64,000 bases of DNA from Ginglymostoma cirratum (Eukaryota). Below, in pieces: positions 12,047 through 23,672 of this stretch. The stretch lies in assembly GCA_024137785.1 (NCBI GenBank), contig JAHRHZ010000084.1:7093573-7157572 (forward strand), read 5' to 3'. The notes under the pieces are model-generated. The model made no database searches. It had not been told where the DNA came from and was given only the letters and a program-made list of their open reading frames with translations. How positions within the stretch are numbered: the first letter of the stretch is position 1; the number at the start of each line of letters is the position of its first letter. The position numbers and the translations under genes are program-made.

Positions 12047-13234
12047 GTAAGGTTCAAAATGTTCCCACTTGGGAGTTGGGGTTTCTAATGGAGCCGGGAT
12101 GTGATTGTGGAAGACCTAAATGTGTATCTTTTATGGCACTGAAGTAGCTGTAACTCGACGATATCTTGTAAATGTGACCGGTGTTTATTCTCAATGCAAC
12201 TTATTCAAGCAGTGCATGTATATTGTTTATCCTGTTCAGCTAATCTCCGCCAACAACGTCTTATGTTGCTTATACCCTAAACTTGGAAAATTCTGGCCTT
12301 TTAATGTCTCCCTATGTCTTTCAATGTTTAAGACACTTCTTTAGCCTTATTTCTCTCTGTTCCAAGACTACTTTATGTTTGGCTGATAATGCTTTGTGAA
12401 ATGTCTTATAATTATTTGTAGCAAGGTTCAAGGTGCAGCATAATTGCAAGTTGCTGTTATATATACTAAAATTTGCAGTCGGTGTTGTCTGAGAAGGCTG
12501 GAAAAGGGTGTCATAAAGCATACAAAATCCTTTCAGATCTTGAAAGGGTAAATGAGGGAAGGATATTTCCCCTGGCTGATGGTCGAATCAGAAAACACAG
12601 TTTCAAAGTAAGGGGCAGGTCACTTAGGACTGAATTGAAGAGGGATTTCTTCAACCAGAAACTTGGGAATTCTACACCACCCTCCCATTCTCCCCACCCC
12701 GACACTCCGCCAGACTGCCGGAAAAGTTCGGTTACCAAGAATATGAATACCAAATCGACAGAGTTCCAGACATCAAATGATATGTAATTAGCGTGAGACA
12801 ATCACACTTACTAAGTTCGGTAGCGCGTGCCCGAAGATCCCAACGTCTATCCCGTTCCTGTTGTTATGCTCCTTTATTACTGCGGTTAGGAAGTAAAAAC
12901 ATTGCCAGATCTTGCAATCGTTGTGCATCTGTCTGGTTTCAGACATTGAGTAATTAAATGCAAATTCCTTTACACATAGTAAACAACCCTCTGGTACAGC
13001 GAGAAGTTTCCCGCGCGTCTAACTCATGAAATGCGTTTTCTCCATAAAATGCATTGCTGAGCTGCAATCGATGTCCACCGATGCACATTAAGGCTCTTGT
13101 ATAGCTGTTCCCACCGAAATTAAAACGCTCCAAATTGGCTATCAGTGGGGTTATCCTGGGAGACATCTATGCAATTTATCATCCTGCGCATGATGCTTTG
13201 CGCATGTAACTCGCTCTGTTCCACAATTGTTCAG

Positions 13235-13363
13235 GTCCATCAACTGTTGATCCTGTAAATGAAGTTATCAATCTTCCCATGATCGTTGGATGTGCAGGAG
13301 GGGCATTGGCAATGTTACTATTCATAATATATTTGGTGACACTGAAATTGAAGGCATCGGCTG
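13235..13363 (+). CDS. Copy 1 stalk + transmembrane exon (GPSTVDPVNEVINLPMIVGCAGGALAMLLFIIYLVTLKLKASA)
   Basis: ttcag|gt acceptor and G|gtaag donor; 129 nt, phase 1-1; uncharged hydrophobic stretch followed by KLK. Confidence 0.9.
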
Positions 13364-13937
13364 GTAAGAGTCTTTCTTATTTCGCTGGGTACTTTTTATT
13401 TCCTTAGATCCAGCGTAAAAGCATGAGGGCGGGTGACGCATCAAGGACTGCGACTTCACATCGTGGAGATGGGAGTCTAACGTAGATGTGAAATGCAAAT
13501 ATTTCGCTTTCTTTCCGAACTAAACAGTCGGTTTATTCACGTCCATGTTGCTACAATCGAAATTATTGTTCAGTTAGAGTCCAGTTCCTAAACACGAAAC
13601 TTTGTTCCGTAGATTTTGACTTTCGGCATTAAAACGGATGTTTTCGAACTGACGACTAGATATACACATTCTCAGATTTTATTTCCGTTGTAATGTTGTG
13701 GTGTCAACGGGCCGCCGACTCACAATTGGCACTATCACACAGAGACAAACTCTACACCATTGGGTGTAGCGCGATGTGAACAATAAGCAGGTGAAAACAC
13801 TGCGCTGCTGAAACCTTCGAGCTGTAGGTTTTCGTACTATATTAAAAAGTACATGTTTCTAGCAGCGAAGGCATGACACTAGATTTGGTGATACACCGAT
13901 TTTGTTACTGACGGTGCATTTCTGTACTTTCTATTAG

Positions 13938-13981
13938 GCAAAGGGAGAAAATCGGTGGAAGCAGGTCAGAATGACGTTCCG
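13938..13981 (+). CDS. Copy 1 cytoplasmic exon 1 (GKGRKSVEAGQNDVP)
   Basis: ttctattag| acceptor and |gtaatg donor; 44 nt, phase 1 to 0; same length in copy 2 (50763-50806). Confidence 0.8.
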
Positions 13982-14939
13982 GTAATGCGACATTATTCTT
14001 TATATTCCTAACAAAAATGGTAGAGAAGGTGGGCCCATAGGAAGGCTAGCAATGAATTTTATATTCAGTGGAAATTGCTTACTTTTTTTCACAGAACATA
14101 GAATTCTATCGCACGGGATGCAAATCCCGCGCCTCTGCCGTCTATGTTTTGATTCAATTGGTTCCACTCTCACGGTATTTATCTGTTTATCTCATTTTTC
14201 GTTTCAATACAATTCATTTTTGAAGGTTCCTGTCTAATCTCTTTCTGTCACTCTGTGTTTGTGGGCAGCTCCCTGTAATGAGCTGCAGCAAAAAAAGGTC
14301 TCCCCAGATGACAGAAGACCCTTCCAGTCTCGAAGACCTTTCCGTCTTCCTAATGTAGTGCCCGGAGTGGTTCACAATACCTCACGTCTTTCGGTGCTTT
14401 ATGCTTTTGTTAGCAGCGCTGACGGCAATCTGTGTGGCAGTGGGCCGGGAAGGCGGGTTGAGGGGGAAGAGAGAAGAGGGGTGGAACAATGGATGTGGCA
14501 GTGTTGCGGGAGAGTTTTTGACAGGATTCTAATTGTTGGTCGCAATTTAGAGGATGTAAATTTTCCAGAAGTGTAACGTGAGCAGACTAAGTCTTAGCTG
14601 TCAGATCTTCTAATCAGTTAGGCTAATTATGGAATAAGAAAACTGCCGTCGACACAACAAGGTCAAAGAGGGCTCAAGATAAACCAGCTAATAGTAAATA
14701 CGTATTATTCGTTCGCTAGATGTTAAAATGTAGATGAATACATTAAATGCTCTGGGATTCATCTTTAGATCATTACTCCGCACCACATTGGTGAAATATT
14801 AGAGGCAAATAATTGAGAGTTGACAAAATAAAATTGCAACCATGTTTGATTGTTCACTGTCTACATACTTAACCGTGTCAGGTGCAGTTCCAATCGGTGA
14901 TGGCTGGCTTCACAATCAAACTCGCTGCTGTCATAGTCA

Positions 14940-15420
14940 TAGAGTCACAAAGTCATAAAGCATACAGCACGGAAACAGAACCTTCAGTCCTACCAGACCA
15001 TACAAATTTAACTAGAACCACCTTTCTGCTCCTGAAACAAATCCCTCCAAACATTTCCTATTCATGTACTTACGTAAATTTCTTTTAAACGTTGTAGTTG
15101 TACCCACATCCACTACTTCCTCAGGAAGTTCATTCCATACCCGAACCAGTGTCTAAAAAAATTAACCCCATGTACTTTCTTTTTACATGTCTCTCCTCTC
15201 ACCTTAAAAATATGCCCCCAATCTTGAAATAACTATCCTAGGGAAAAGACAACTGCCATTAACGCTATCTATACACCTCATTATTTCATAAACTTCTATT
15301 AGACCGCCTCTGAACTTCCTCTGCTCCAGTGAAAAAAAAAGTCCCAGCCTATCCAGCCTTTCTTTATAACTCAAACCTTTCATTCCTGGCAACATCCTGA
15401 TAAATCTATTCTGAACCCTC
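14940..15420 (-). mobile_element. CR1 LINE 3' fragment
   Basis: MLPGMKGLSYKERLDRLGLF..LEQRKFRGGLIEVYEIM is the typical CR1 C-terminus. Confidence 0.85.
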
Positions 15421-15450
15421 TTATCAATATTTCATATCTTATTTTCCTAG

Positions 15451-15520
15451 CTGAGACAAAGACTGACTGAAGAAAATGTCACGTATGCTAATGTAAACTT
15501 GAAAGCCAAAAAAGTTCCAG
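15451..15520 (+). CDS. Copy 1 cytoplasmic exon 2 with ITIM VTYANV (15478-15495)
   Basis: ttttcctag| phase-0 acceptor; LRQRLTEENVTYANVNLKAKKVP; CCAG|gtaaga donor. Confidence 0.8.
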
Positions 15521-15654
15521 GTAAGATAGAAGAATTGTCAAGTATAAAGTATCCAGGTCAATATTATGATAATGGAGTTAATTTTTTTTTTTGAAAAAGA
15601 TACCATACAGTAGGAAGGGAAGGGTCTGTTGTAATTTTGACTTTATGGAGTAGA

Positions 15655-16170
15655 AGATGCAGTGGTAATCCAGATGTCAAGGTTAATACTATGGGGATAC
15701 GGGTTCAAATCCCACCAGAGCTGCTAAATGAGCTTAATTAGAATCGATAAATCTAGAATTTAAAGCTAGTCTCAGTAATGTCGATCATATGAATTGTCAT
15801 TAATTGTTATCAGAAAAGTTCCCTTTTTCTTTTATACAGGACACTGGTGAGAACACTGGTAAACTGTATACTTTACTGGTGACCATTTTGACGGAGGAAT
15901 ATTAACGTATTGAAAACAACACAGAGAACGTTTACTGGACTAATACTTGAAATGAGTAGATTCCATTACGTGACCTTATCATGATAAGACATGGATTCGC
16001 TAAGGGACTTCAGGGAAGGAAATCTGCCATCCTTGAGTAGTCTGCCCCACATGTGTGTCCAGAGCCACAGCAATATGGTTGACTCCCAACTAACTTCTGG
16101 GCAATTAGGGATGGGCAATGAATGCTGACCCGTCCAGTGATGCCACATGTTGTAAATGAATGAACAAAAA
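15655..16170 (+). mobile_element. tRNA-derived SINE sharing its 3' tail with the 545-1478 LINE family, interrupted by a CR1 piece (~15815-15965)
   Basis: B-box GGTTCAAATCC; tail gggcaattagggatgggcaatgaatgctg; same nested structure at ~52555-53070. Confidence 0.7.
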
Positions 16171-16174
16171 ATAC

Positions 16175-17900
16175 ATAACCCATTCAGACCATCGAGTTTA
16201 CTCCACCATCCAATGAGATCAAGATTGATCTGACAAACCTCTTCGCAAAGTTCCTGCCTCTTCCCTATACAATTTCATTCCTTTACTAACTAAAAATCTA
16301 TTTTAGGCTCGAATATTCTTAATTACTTAACTGAGTCAACCTTTCATAAGAAATAATTCAACAAATTCACTACCCTGTCAGAAAAGAAGTTCCTCCTCAT
16401 CTCTGTTTTAAATATGCAACCATTTAGTCTGATATTATACCCTCTGGTCCTTGACTCTCTGACATAGGAAACTTAATCTCCACATCTATCCTGTCAAGTC
16501 CCCGAAGAATCTTGTATATTTCAATCAGGTCACCTCTCATTCTTCCAAATTTCGATGAGTACGGGTTCAGCCTATTCAATCTCTCCTCATAAAAGACTTC
16601 CTTCATTCCTGGTAACAGCTCAGTGACCCTTGGCTGGACTGCCTCCAGTGCCAATACATCTTTTCTGAGATAAGGGGAAGAAAACTGTTCACAGCATTCC
16701 AGCTGAGGCCCTAACTATTGCCTGATGCAGTTTTGGCAAATACCCCTACTTTTATATTCCATTCCCTTTGAAATGAAGGCCCATGTGCCTTCTCTAAAAT
16801 CTGCTGAAAATAGGTTCTAACTTTTTTTTTGTGACTCATGCATGAGGAATCTCAAATCCGACTGTTCCATAGCTTTCTACTGTCCTGAATTCAAACAATA
16901 TTCATCTCCTCAATCCTTCCTGCGACATTGCATTACCTCACTTCTCCCACATTACATTCCATCAGCCAACTCTTTGTCGCTTAATGTAACCTGCCTATAT
17001 AATTCGAAAAAAAACTTTTTATGTCATCCTCACATCTTACCATCGCAATTTCATTAATGTTATCCGCAAAATTGGCCATTGTGCATGCACTTTCTGCATA
17101 CAAGTCTTCAAAATATATATTTGGAAAAATTGTGGCCCTGCCACTAATCCCAATGGTACTGAAAGAGTTCTAGATTTTCATTCATAAAATGCCCTGTCCC
17201 CATCCTAATTCTCACTGCTCTAGTAATTAGCCAATGCTCTTTGGATGTTAATGACCCAGAGACCGTGGTCTTTTATCTTATTAAGTAAGCTAATGTGTGG
17301 TATTTAAGCAAATGTTTTCCTGAAAATCCCAATATGTTACATCCACTGCTTCTCCTTTGTCTGTATTCCTTTTAAACTCCTTAAAGAATTCTAGTAGGAT
17401 TGTCAGGCATGACGACTCCTACATGAATCCATGCTGAATCTGCTTAATATTATGAGCTTCCAAATATTCTGCATCATTTATCACAGACTGATGCATTTCC
17501 CCAGTAATCAATGTTCTGCTAACTGGCCTATTACTGTCTACTTCCCTTTTAAATAAAGATGTTAGTATGGCAATTTTTTAAATATCTAGGAGGTTTTTTT
17601 CATAATCAAAGGATTTTCAGAAGATTACTACTGGTTCATTAAGTACTATGGTTACTTCCTTTGATATCCTAGGATGCTTCCAATCAGGTCCAGGGGACAT
17701 ATTAGTCTTATACCCCATTCGTTTCCCCGCTCCCTTTTCTCCAGTGATAGTTATTGTACTTATTTTCACTCCTCCTTTTACCCTTGAATATTTATTAATT
17801 TGGAATTTTCGCGCTGTTTTCCACTGTGAGAAGTATTCATTCAACTGTTCTACCATTTCCTGTTTCCCCATTATTCTTTTCCTCCACCTCATTTTGGGTT
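16175..17900 (-). mobile_element. Degenerate CR1 LINE
   Basis: ALEAVQPRVTELLPGM...GRMRGDLIEIYKIL; SPGPDWKHPRISKE. Confidence 0.85.
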
Positions 17901-17919
17901 CTCTCTCCACTTTTCTAGG

Positions 17920-18330
17920 CTGTAGGCTATAGGATAGGTATCCTCTGGAGTTTAGAAGAGTCAGAGATGACTTAATTGAATCATATAAGATTCTGACAGA
18001 CTTGACCAAGTGGATGTTGAATCTTTCCTTTGATTGGGAGAATCTAAAACTAGAATTCATAGTTTAAACATAAGAGATCGTCTATTTAAAGCAAACGAGG
18101 ATTTTTCTTTTCTTTCATGGGGCTATGTATCTTTTGAATTCCCTTCCTCAAAAGGCAGTAGATGCAGAAACTTTAAGTTTTTTTTAAGGCAAGGGTGGAT
18201 AGATTCTTGATTACCAACCAGATGAAAGGTGATTGAGGTGGGGGTTTTGAGGAGCAGGAATGTAGAGTTGAGGATACAGTCAGATCAACCATGACATGGA
18301 ATGATGGCGCGAGCTTGAAGGGCCGAGTGG
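17920..18330 (+). mobile_element. CR1 LINE 3' fragment
   Basis: ctggagtttagaagagtcagagatgacttaattgaa (LEFRRVRDDLIE) followed by CR1 3' UTR. Confidence 0.75.
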
Positions 18331-19116
18331 CAGCCAGACACTCAATTCAAGACAATTAGCGACAGGCAATAAACACTGACATTGTCACTGCCATCCTTCT
18401 GCCATGAAAAAAAAAAGACAAAGTCATGCCACTGTTCGGGAATCGACGTCTCTTCTGCCTGTTTCATCGGAAATAGAAATCAGGGGAGATATCAAACGGG
18501 CTGCGGCTCTTATCATCAGATTTAGGCTGGAATACAATCAAAATTATTCGTGTTCCTTTTTATGAATTAGCAGTTATAATGATGGTCCTGAGCAATAACA
18601 AAAGAAACTTATCTGGTAAAAGTGGCAAAAATGCATTTTACAAACAAAGTGCGAATTCAAGAACAATCCGCCTTACGCCTAAGCCGTCGAATCCAGCACC
18701 AGGAAAAAAAAAAAAAAATCCATGCAGGCAAAGGAGCGCACTGTCGATGAAATTTAATGTAATACCTTCAATGTCTTTTGGTACCGCACCAAACACTAGA
18801 GAATTGAAAGGTCCCAAGTTTAACCTCCCAACTGTATTGTGTCCGACCAAGACTCACCATGTTCGTCTTGGATCCCACGGATCGGAAGATCAGCAGCGGT
18901 GGGGTAAAGGCAGTTGAGATTTGTGACTTGAGGCCTCTGAATGGAATAAGCAGATCAAATTGGCTGTCACGCCTCAGAAATTGGGCCTTGAAAGGGATAT
19001 TTTGCAATATCAGCTTTCGAAACACATTTAAAACGACGGTATTTGATTCATTTGTGATTTTAATCGAAGTAATAACCTGTTTTCTAAAATGAGCAATACT
19101 GAACGAGAAGTTCAAA

Positions 19117-19246
19117 CCCGCACTTCTGCACTCACATCCCCTCCCCGCAACAGTAGCAAAGACAGAATCCCCCTCGTCGTCATCTATCACAAAAACTAAC
19201 CTCCGTCTTCAACGTATCGTTTTCCGCCAATTCCGCCACCTGCAAT
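19117..19246 (+). mobile_element. Penelope-like element coding fragment (RT thumb to GIY-YIG linker)
   Basis: Translates KDRIPLVVIYH..TNLRLQRIVFRQFRHLQ with one frameshift; absent at the paralogous site (~56090). Confidence 0.65.
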
Positions 19247-19424
19247 TTTTTACGGCACGGTTGAATAGAAATCAGAGATAGAAAACAATACCAAACTCGG
19301 TTACAATCTGAAGTTGGTAACTGTTTATCGGAAATTCCACCAAACCTTCTTAGTAAAATCTCGACTGCCTCTGGCAATAGGTCATCGACGGACTAACGGG
19401 AGATACTAAATTTTACTTTCACAG

Positions 19425-19565
19425 ACCAAGCAACGAAGCAAAGATAACAAGCTGACTTTGCGTCGTTTTCGAAATTGTCGATTCCAAAAAAGCATCAAAA
19501 CTAAACAGCAAGACAGTTCAGAAATATATGCAGAAGTGAAGGAGACAAGGAAATCGAAAAGCTGA
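19425..19565 (+). CDS. Copy 1 terminal cytoplasmic exon (phase-0 frame ends ...DSSEIYAEVKETRKSKS*; phase-1 frame gives DQATKQR*, stop 19445-19447)
   Basis: ttttactttcacag| acceptor; 141-nt open frame with a tyrosine motif; homologous to 56291-56418. Confidence 0.65.
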   Translation, partial: TKQRSKDNKLTLRRFRNCRFQKSIKTKQQDSSEIYAEVKETRKSKS

Positions 19566-19659
19566 GACTCTGAACATACTGGGAACATGGGAGACATTAA
19601 TGGATGTAGGTCCAGAGAATTTGGTTGTGCGTCATAAAATGTGTTCCAATCAAAATTAT

Positions 19660-19855
19660 ACCGCAGTGTGGAGCTGGAGGAGCACAGCAGACCAGGCAGC
19701 ACCAGAGGAGCAGAAAACGTGACGTTTCAGGTCGGGACCCTTCTTCAGACCTACAGACCGTTCTTGTGAAGAAGGGTCCCGACCCGAAACGTCAACGTTC
19801 CCGCTCCTCCGATGCTGCCTGGCCTGCTGTGCTCCAAACGGTGCTATCTCTGATA
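19660..19855. mobile_element. Head-to-head inverted Penelope-like termini with two hammerhead-like motifs
   Basis: ~70-bp arms at 19679-19747 and 19767-19835. Confidence 0.75.
19721..19748 (-). ncRNA. Minimal type I hammerhead ribozyme core (Penelope-type)
   Basis: Minus strand CTGAAGA-A-GGGT-CCCG-ACCT-GAAAC-GTC: intact CUGANGA and GAAA boxes, palindromic ACGT stem III, GUC triplet; stem I is weak. Confidence 0.55.
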
Positions 19856-20319
19856 TCTTATCATGTCCTCATTACCTATTTATTCTGGAAAGTGGATTGT
19901 GTGCTGCCATGCCGTCATGATTAAAACTCTGAGCTCATTTTCACAGGCTTTTTTCTTAAATTGTAAGAGTCCCTCAATAACTCAAACGCCTAATAATGAC
20001 TATATGTGTTCTGAGGCCATTTGTCCGGGCTTTGTTTTTGTCCATGTGGCAGTGGTGCCTGGAATGAGGCTCCTAACTTTCACAACAGAGGATACAGTAT
20101 AAATGTAAAATTGTGTTAATTTAATGCAGAAGATCACAGGATACAACTACAAATTACAAAGTAGCTGGTAAAATCATGTAGAGTATGTTTATTTCGAAGT
20201 TTATAATAAACAGTGTACGAAGGTGAGAAAGTGAGATATTCTCAAATTTAGGCAATACATGGTCTTGACTAAACTAACCTCATCAAGAAAGAAAGGTTTC
20301 CCTACTAGTCCTATGATAA

Positions 20320-20880
20320 TTCAGGAATTCAGTGATGGAAAGGCCTTTGATTATCAATGGGAGATGGTTAGATTTTCTCTTGTTGGAGATAGTCACTTTC
20401 TGACAGTTGTACGGCACGAATATTACTTTCCTCACCCCTGCCTAAACCTTGCATGTTACAAATCATCTGAAAATGGACACAGAATACTTCACTGTCCCAA
20501 GAGTCATGAATAGGTGGATTGGTGGCTAATTCGTCACGGGTGACATGGTGGTTCAGTAGGTAGCACTGCTGCCTCACAGCGCCAGGGATCCAGGTTCCAG
20601 ATAAGGATGCTGTTTGGATAGTGTGTGTGGACTTGTTGGCCAGAATGGCCTGTCTCCACGCTGTGTGGATTGTATATGATCCTATGAATGGTGCTGAACA
20701 TGATTCAAAAATCTCTATTTCTAATCTAATGAACGAGGGAAGGTCATTGATGAAGCAATTGAAGTTAATTGGTCCTCGGACACTATCCTGAAGAACTCCT
20801 GCAGAGGTGTCCTCGAATTATTGGACTCCAAAACCCAAAACCATCCTCTTTGCTGCGGGTATGACTCATGCCAATGGAAT
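20320..20880 (-). mobile_element. Degenerate LINE fragment with a nested short HE1-type SINE (~20537-20685, +)
   Basis: ggaaggtcattgatgaagc is shared with the LINE family above; SINE head ggtggttcagtaggtagcactgctgcctcacagcgccaggga. Confidence 0.65.
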
Positions 20881-21329
20881 CTTAGGTTTCAGGGTTTCAT
20901 TAAGGTTGTTCATCTCTCAAGAGCATATTCTGTGGAGCAAACTGAAATAAAAGAACAAGCAAAATCATAAAGAAACTATTTAAATTTTGTAATCTAATGG
21001 GATGTGATTCCCTTTTAAGCTTGAGACAAATGGATCTAAGTCAAAACCATGGATTTAAATTTAAACAAGGGCAATTATAGAAGTAGACGTTGTCTAAGGC
21101 AGATTTAGATATAAGATTAAAAGGTAAGAATCTGGATGAGCAATGAAACATTTTTCGTGATTCATTATTTTCATCAAACATAAATGCACTTGAAAAATGA
21201 ACTCTTCCTGGAGGAGTGGACAAACTATGAATAAATCAAAAAGGATAGTTGTAGCATTTGATGAAGTAACACTCTGACAATGTTACTAACAAGGGCATTG
21301 AGACTCACAGCTGGCGAGATGAGAAGCGA

Positions 21330-22230
21330 TTCATGAAGACAGAGAAGTGTAGATATGAGAGTAGACTAGTTCTAAATGTAATATAAGTTAAAAGAAACAA
21401 AGAGTCTGAAGAAGTAAACATCGTTCAATTTGCAACAGTAATATGAGATGTTAAAATGAAGAAACTGTAGAAGGATTAAACAAATGTTTTGTATCGGTCT
21501 TCATCGCAGAAAATATAAATAACCTACCAGAAATAACAGGGAAATTGTTGCGAATGAGTGAGGAAACTCAAACTAATTCGAATTAGTAAAGGGAGAGTAA
21601 TGGGGAACTTAATGGAAATAAAGGCTAAGCGGAGTGATCAAGCTTATAGCGTTAGCCATAGATATTTAATCGAGTTGGCTGCAGACATAGTGGATATATT
21701 GGATTTAATCTTGGAGAATTCCCTACAGCTCTGAATTAGATACTATTATGCATAATCTTACTGTTGCAAAAATGACAATGAAAGAATATATGGAATTGAA
21801 GGTACGTTAGCCTAGCTTTCAATTTGTTGTAAGAGACATAGTAACAGGATGCTTAAAATCAGAGGTGAACTTATTAAAACTTATTTGTTTTCTCCAGTTT
21901 GATGCTGAGTGCGTTTTTGGTTGTGTAACAGATAGAAATTGGAACATTATCTCAGGACAAAGAGACAGAAATATAGACTGAGAAGAGGAATAACTTATTT
22001 GCTCAGAGGGTTAGGAATCTCTACAATTCTCAATCCAAGAAGGATACGGATGTCAGTCATTGAGCATATTTAAGACTAAGGTTGAGAGATTTGTGAGCTC
22101 TGGGGAATCAAAAAATTATGTGATCAGGAAGAATGCTAGTACTAAGGGAGAAGTCCAGCCATCACAAAATTGAATAGCACAGCAGATTTGAATAATCTCT
22201 ATCCCCTTCTATCCTGATGGCTTGTGATGT
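21330..22230 (+). mobile_element. Old, highly degenerate CR1 fragments
   Basis: CR1-like motifs (aacaaatgttttgtatcggtcttca; ctcagagggttaggaatctct) with no intact ORF. Confidence 0.5.
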
Positions 22231-22314
22231 TATGTTGACCGAGAGCACAATGTAAAAATATGCTATTATTCATTGCACACCACAACTACACCCATATTTC
22301 AGGTAAATGTTTCT

Positions 22315-23672
22315 GGTAAGTATTCGCCAGCGAGAGGGATGTTGACGTTTGTGAGGACAGTGTGATACAGGCTGACATACTCAAACAGGGTGATGTTAAG
22401 GAGGATGTGCTAGAATTTTTGAAAATCATGGGGAATAGATGAGTCACCTGGGCCAGACGGCATATACCCAAGGTTTTAACGGGAAGTGAGGGAACAGTTT
22501 TCCGCGCCTTTGGCAATGATCTTTGCATTCTCATTGTCCACTGGAGCAGTACCAGAAGATTGGAAGGTGGCAAGTATTATTCCATTGTTCAAGAAAAATA
22601 ATAGGGATAATGCTGGGAATTACAGACCAGCCAGTCTCACTTCTGTAGTGGGCAAATTATTGAAGAGTGTTCTGAGAGATAGTATCTATGATTGTTTGGA
22701 AAAGCACAGTTTGGTTAGAAATAGTAATGTGGCTTTGTGAGGGGCAGATCATACATTACAAGCCTTATGGAATGCTTTGAGGATGTGATAAAACATATTG
22801 AAGAAGGATGAGGAGTGGATGTGGTTTATATGGATTTTATCATTTATCATTTGATAAGGTTCCCCATGGTAAACTCATTCAAAAAGAAAGGTGGCATGGG
22901 ATCCGGGAAATTTGGCTGCCTGGATGTGGAATTGGCTGCCCAATTGAAGACCGAGTGTGGTAGTAGATGGAAAGTATTCAGCTTGGAGCTCGGTGACCAG
23001 TGGTGTTCCATAGGCATCTGTTCTGGGACCTCTGCTCAAAGTGATCATTATAAATGACTTGGATGAGGAAGTGGAAAGGAAGGTTAGTAAGTTTGCCGAT
23101 GGCAAAAGGTTGGTGGAGTGGCGGATACTGTGGACGGCTGTTGTAGGTTTCAATGGGTCATTGACAGGAAGCAGAACTGGGCAAAGAAGAGGCAGATGGA
23201 ATTGAACCCGGAAAAATCTGGTGATTAATTTTGGAAAGTCCAATTTGAAAGCGGAATATAGGGTTAATGGTATGATTCTTGGCAGTGTGGAGGAACCGAG
23301 GGATCTTTGGTTCCACGCCCATAGATCCGTCAAAGTTCCTACCCAAGTTGATAGGGTTGTTAAGAAGGCATTTGGTGTGTTGGCTTTCATTGGCAGGGAA
23401 ATTATTTTAAGAGTTCCGAGAGTATGCCGCAGCTTTATAAAACCCTGGTTAGACCACTCTTGTAATATTGTGTTCAGTTCTGGTCACCACATTATAGGAA
23501 GAATGAGATAGGCTTTAGGGATGGTGCAGAGGAGATTTACCAGGATGCTGCCTGGACTGGGAGGCAGGTCTTATGATGAAAGGTTGAGGGAGTTAAGGCT
23601 TTTCTCATTGGAGCAAAGAAGGATGTCCATTTGACTTCCTAAGGGCCTGTTTCCATGCTGTATAATTCTATT
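22315..23672 (+). mobile_element. CR1 LINE RT fragment
   Basis: VPEDWKVASIIPLFKK..NYRPASLTSVVGKLL, DVVYMDF, SKFAD, VVKKAFGVLAFI. Confidence 0.9.

Larger units (their letters stand above)
8566..19565 (+). other. IgSF receptor gene copy 1 (7 coding exons: leader-V-C1-TM-cyt1-cyt2-cyt3), non-rearranging V(J)-C1, SIRP-like inhibitory type, ~307 aa
   Basis: All introns GT-AG with compatible phases 1,1,1,1,0,1; no stop before 19445-19447; same exon set found in the paralog. Confidence 0.85.
1..19655 (+). repeat. Segmental duplication unit 1 (carries IgSF gene copy 1)
   Basis: Colinear similarity to ~34598-56505 (e.g. 1-520 vs 34598-35113; 2248 vs 36600; exons at ~36.4-36.9 kb offset) and, from ~2560, to 58280-64000. 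Confidence 0.9.

Noticed and set aside
18579-19190. ORFs of 77-140 aa partly conserved at 55339-56176
   Set aside because: Intronic paralogous DNA; ORF boundaries and frames differ between copies, repeats interrupt them and no domain is recognisable
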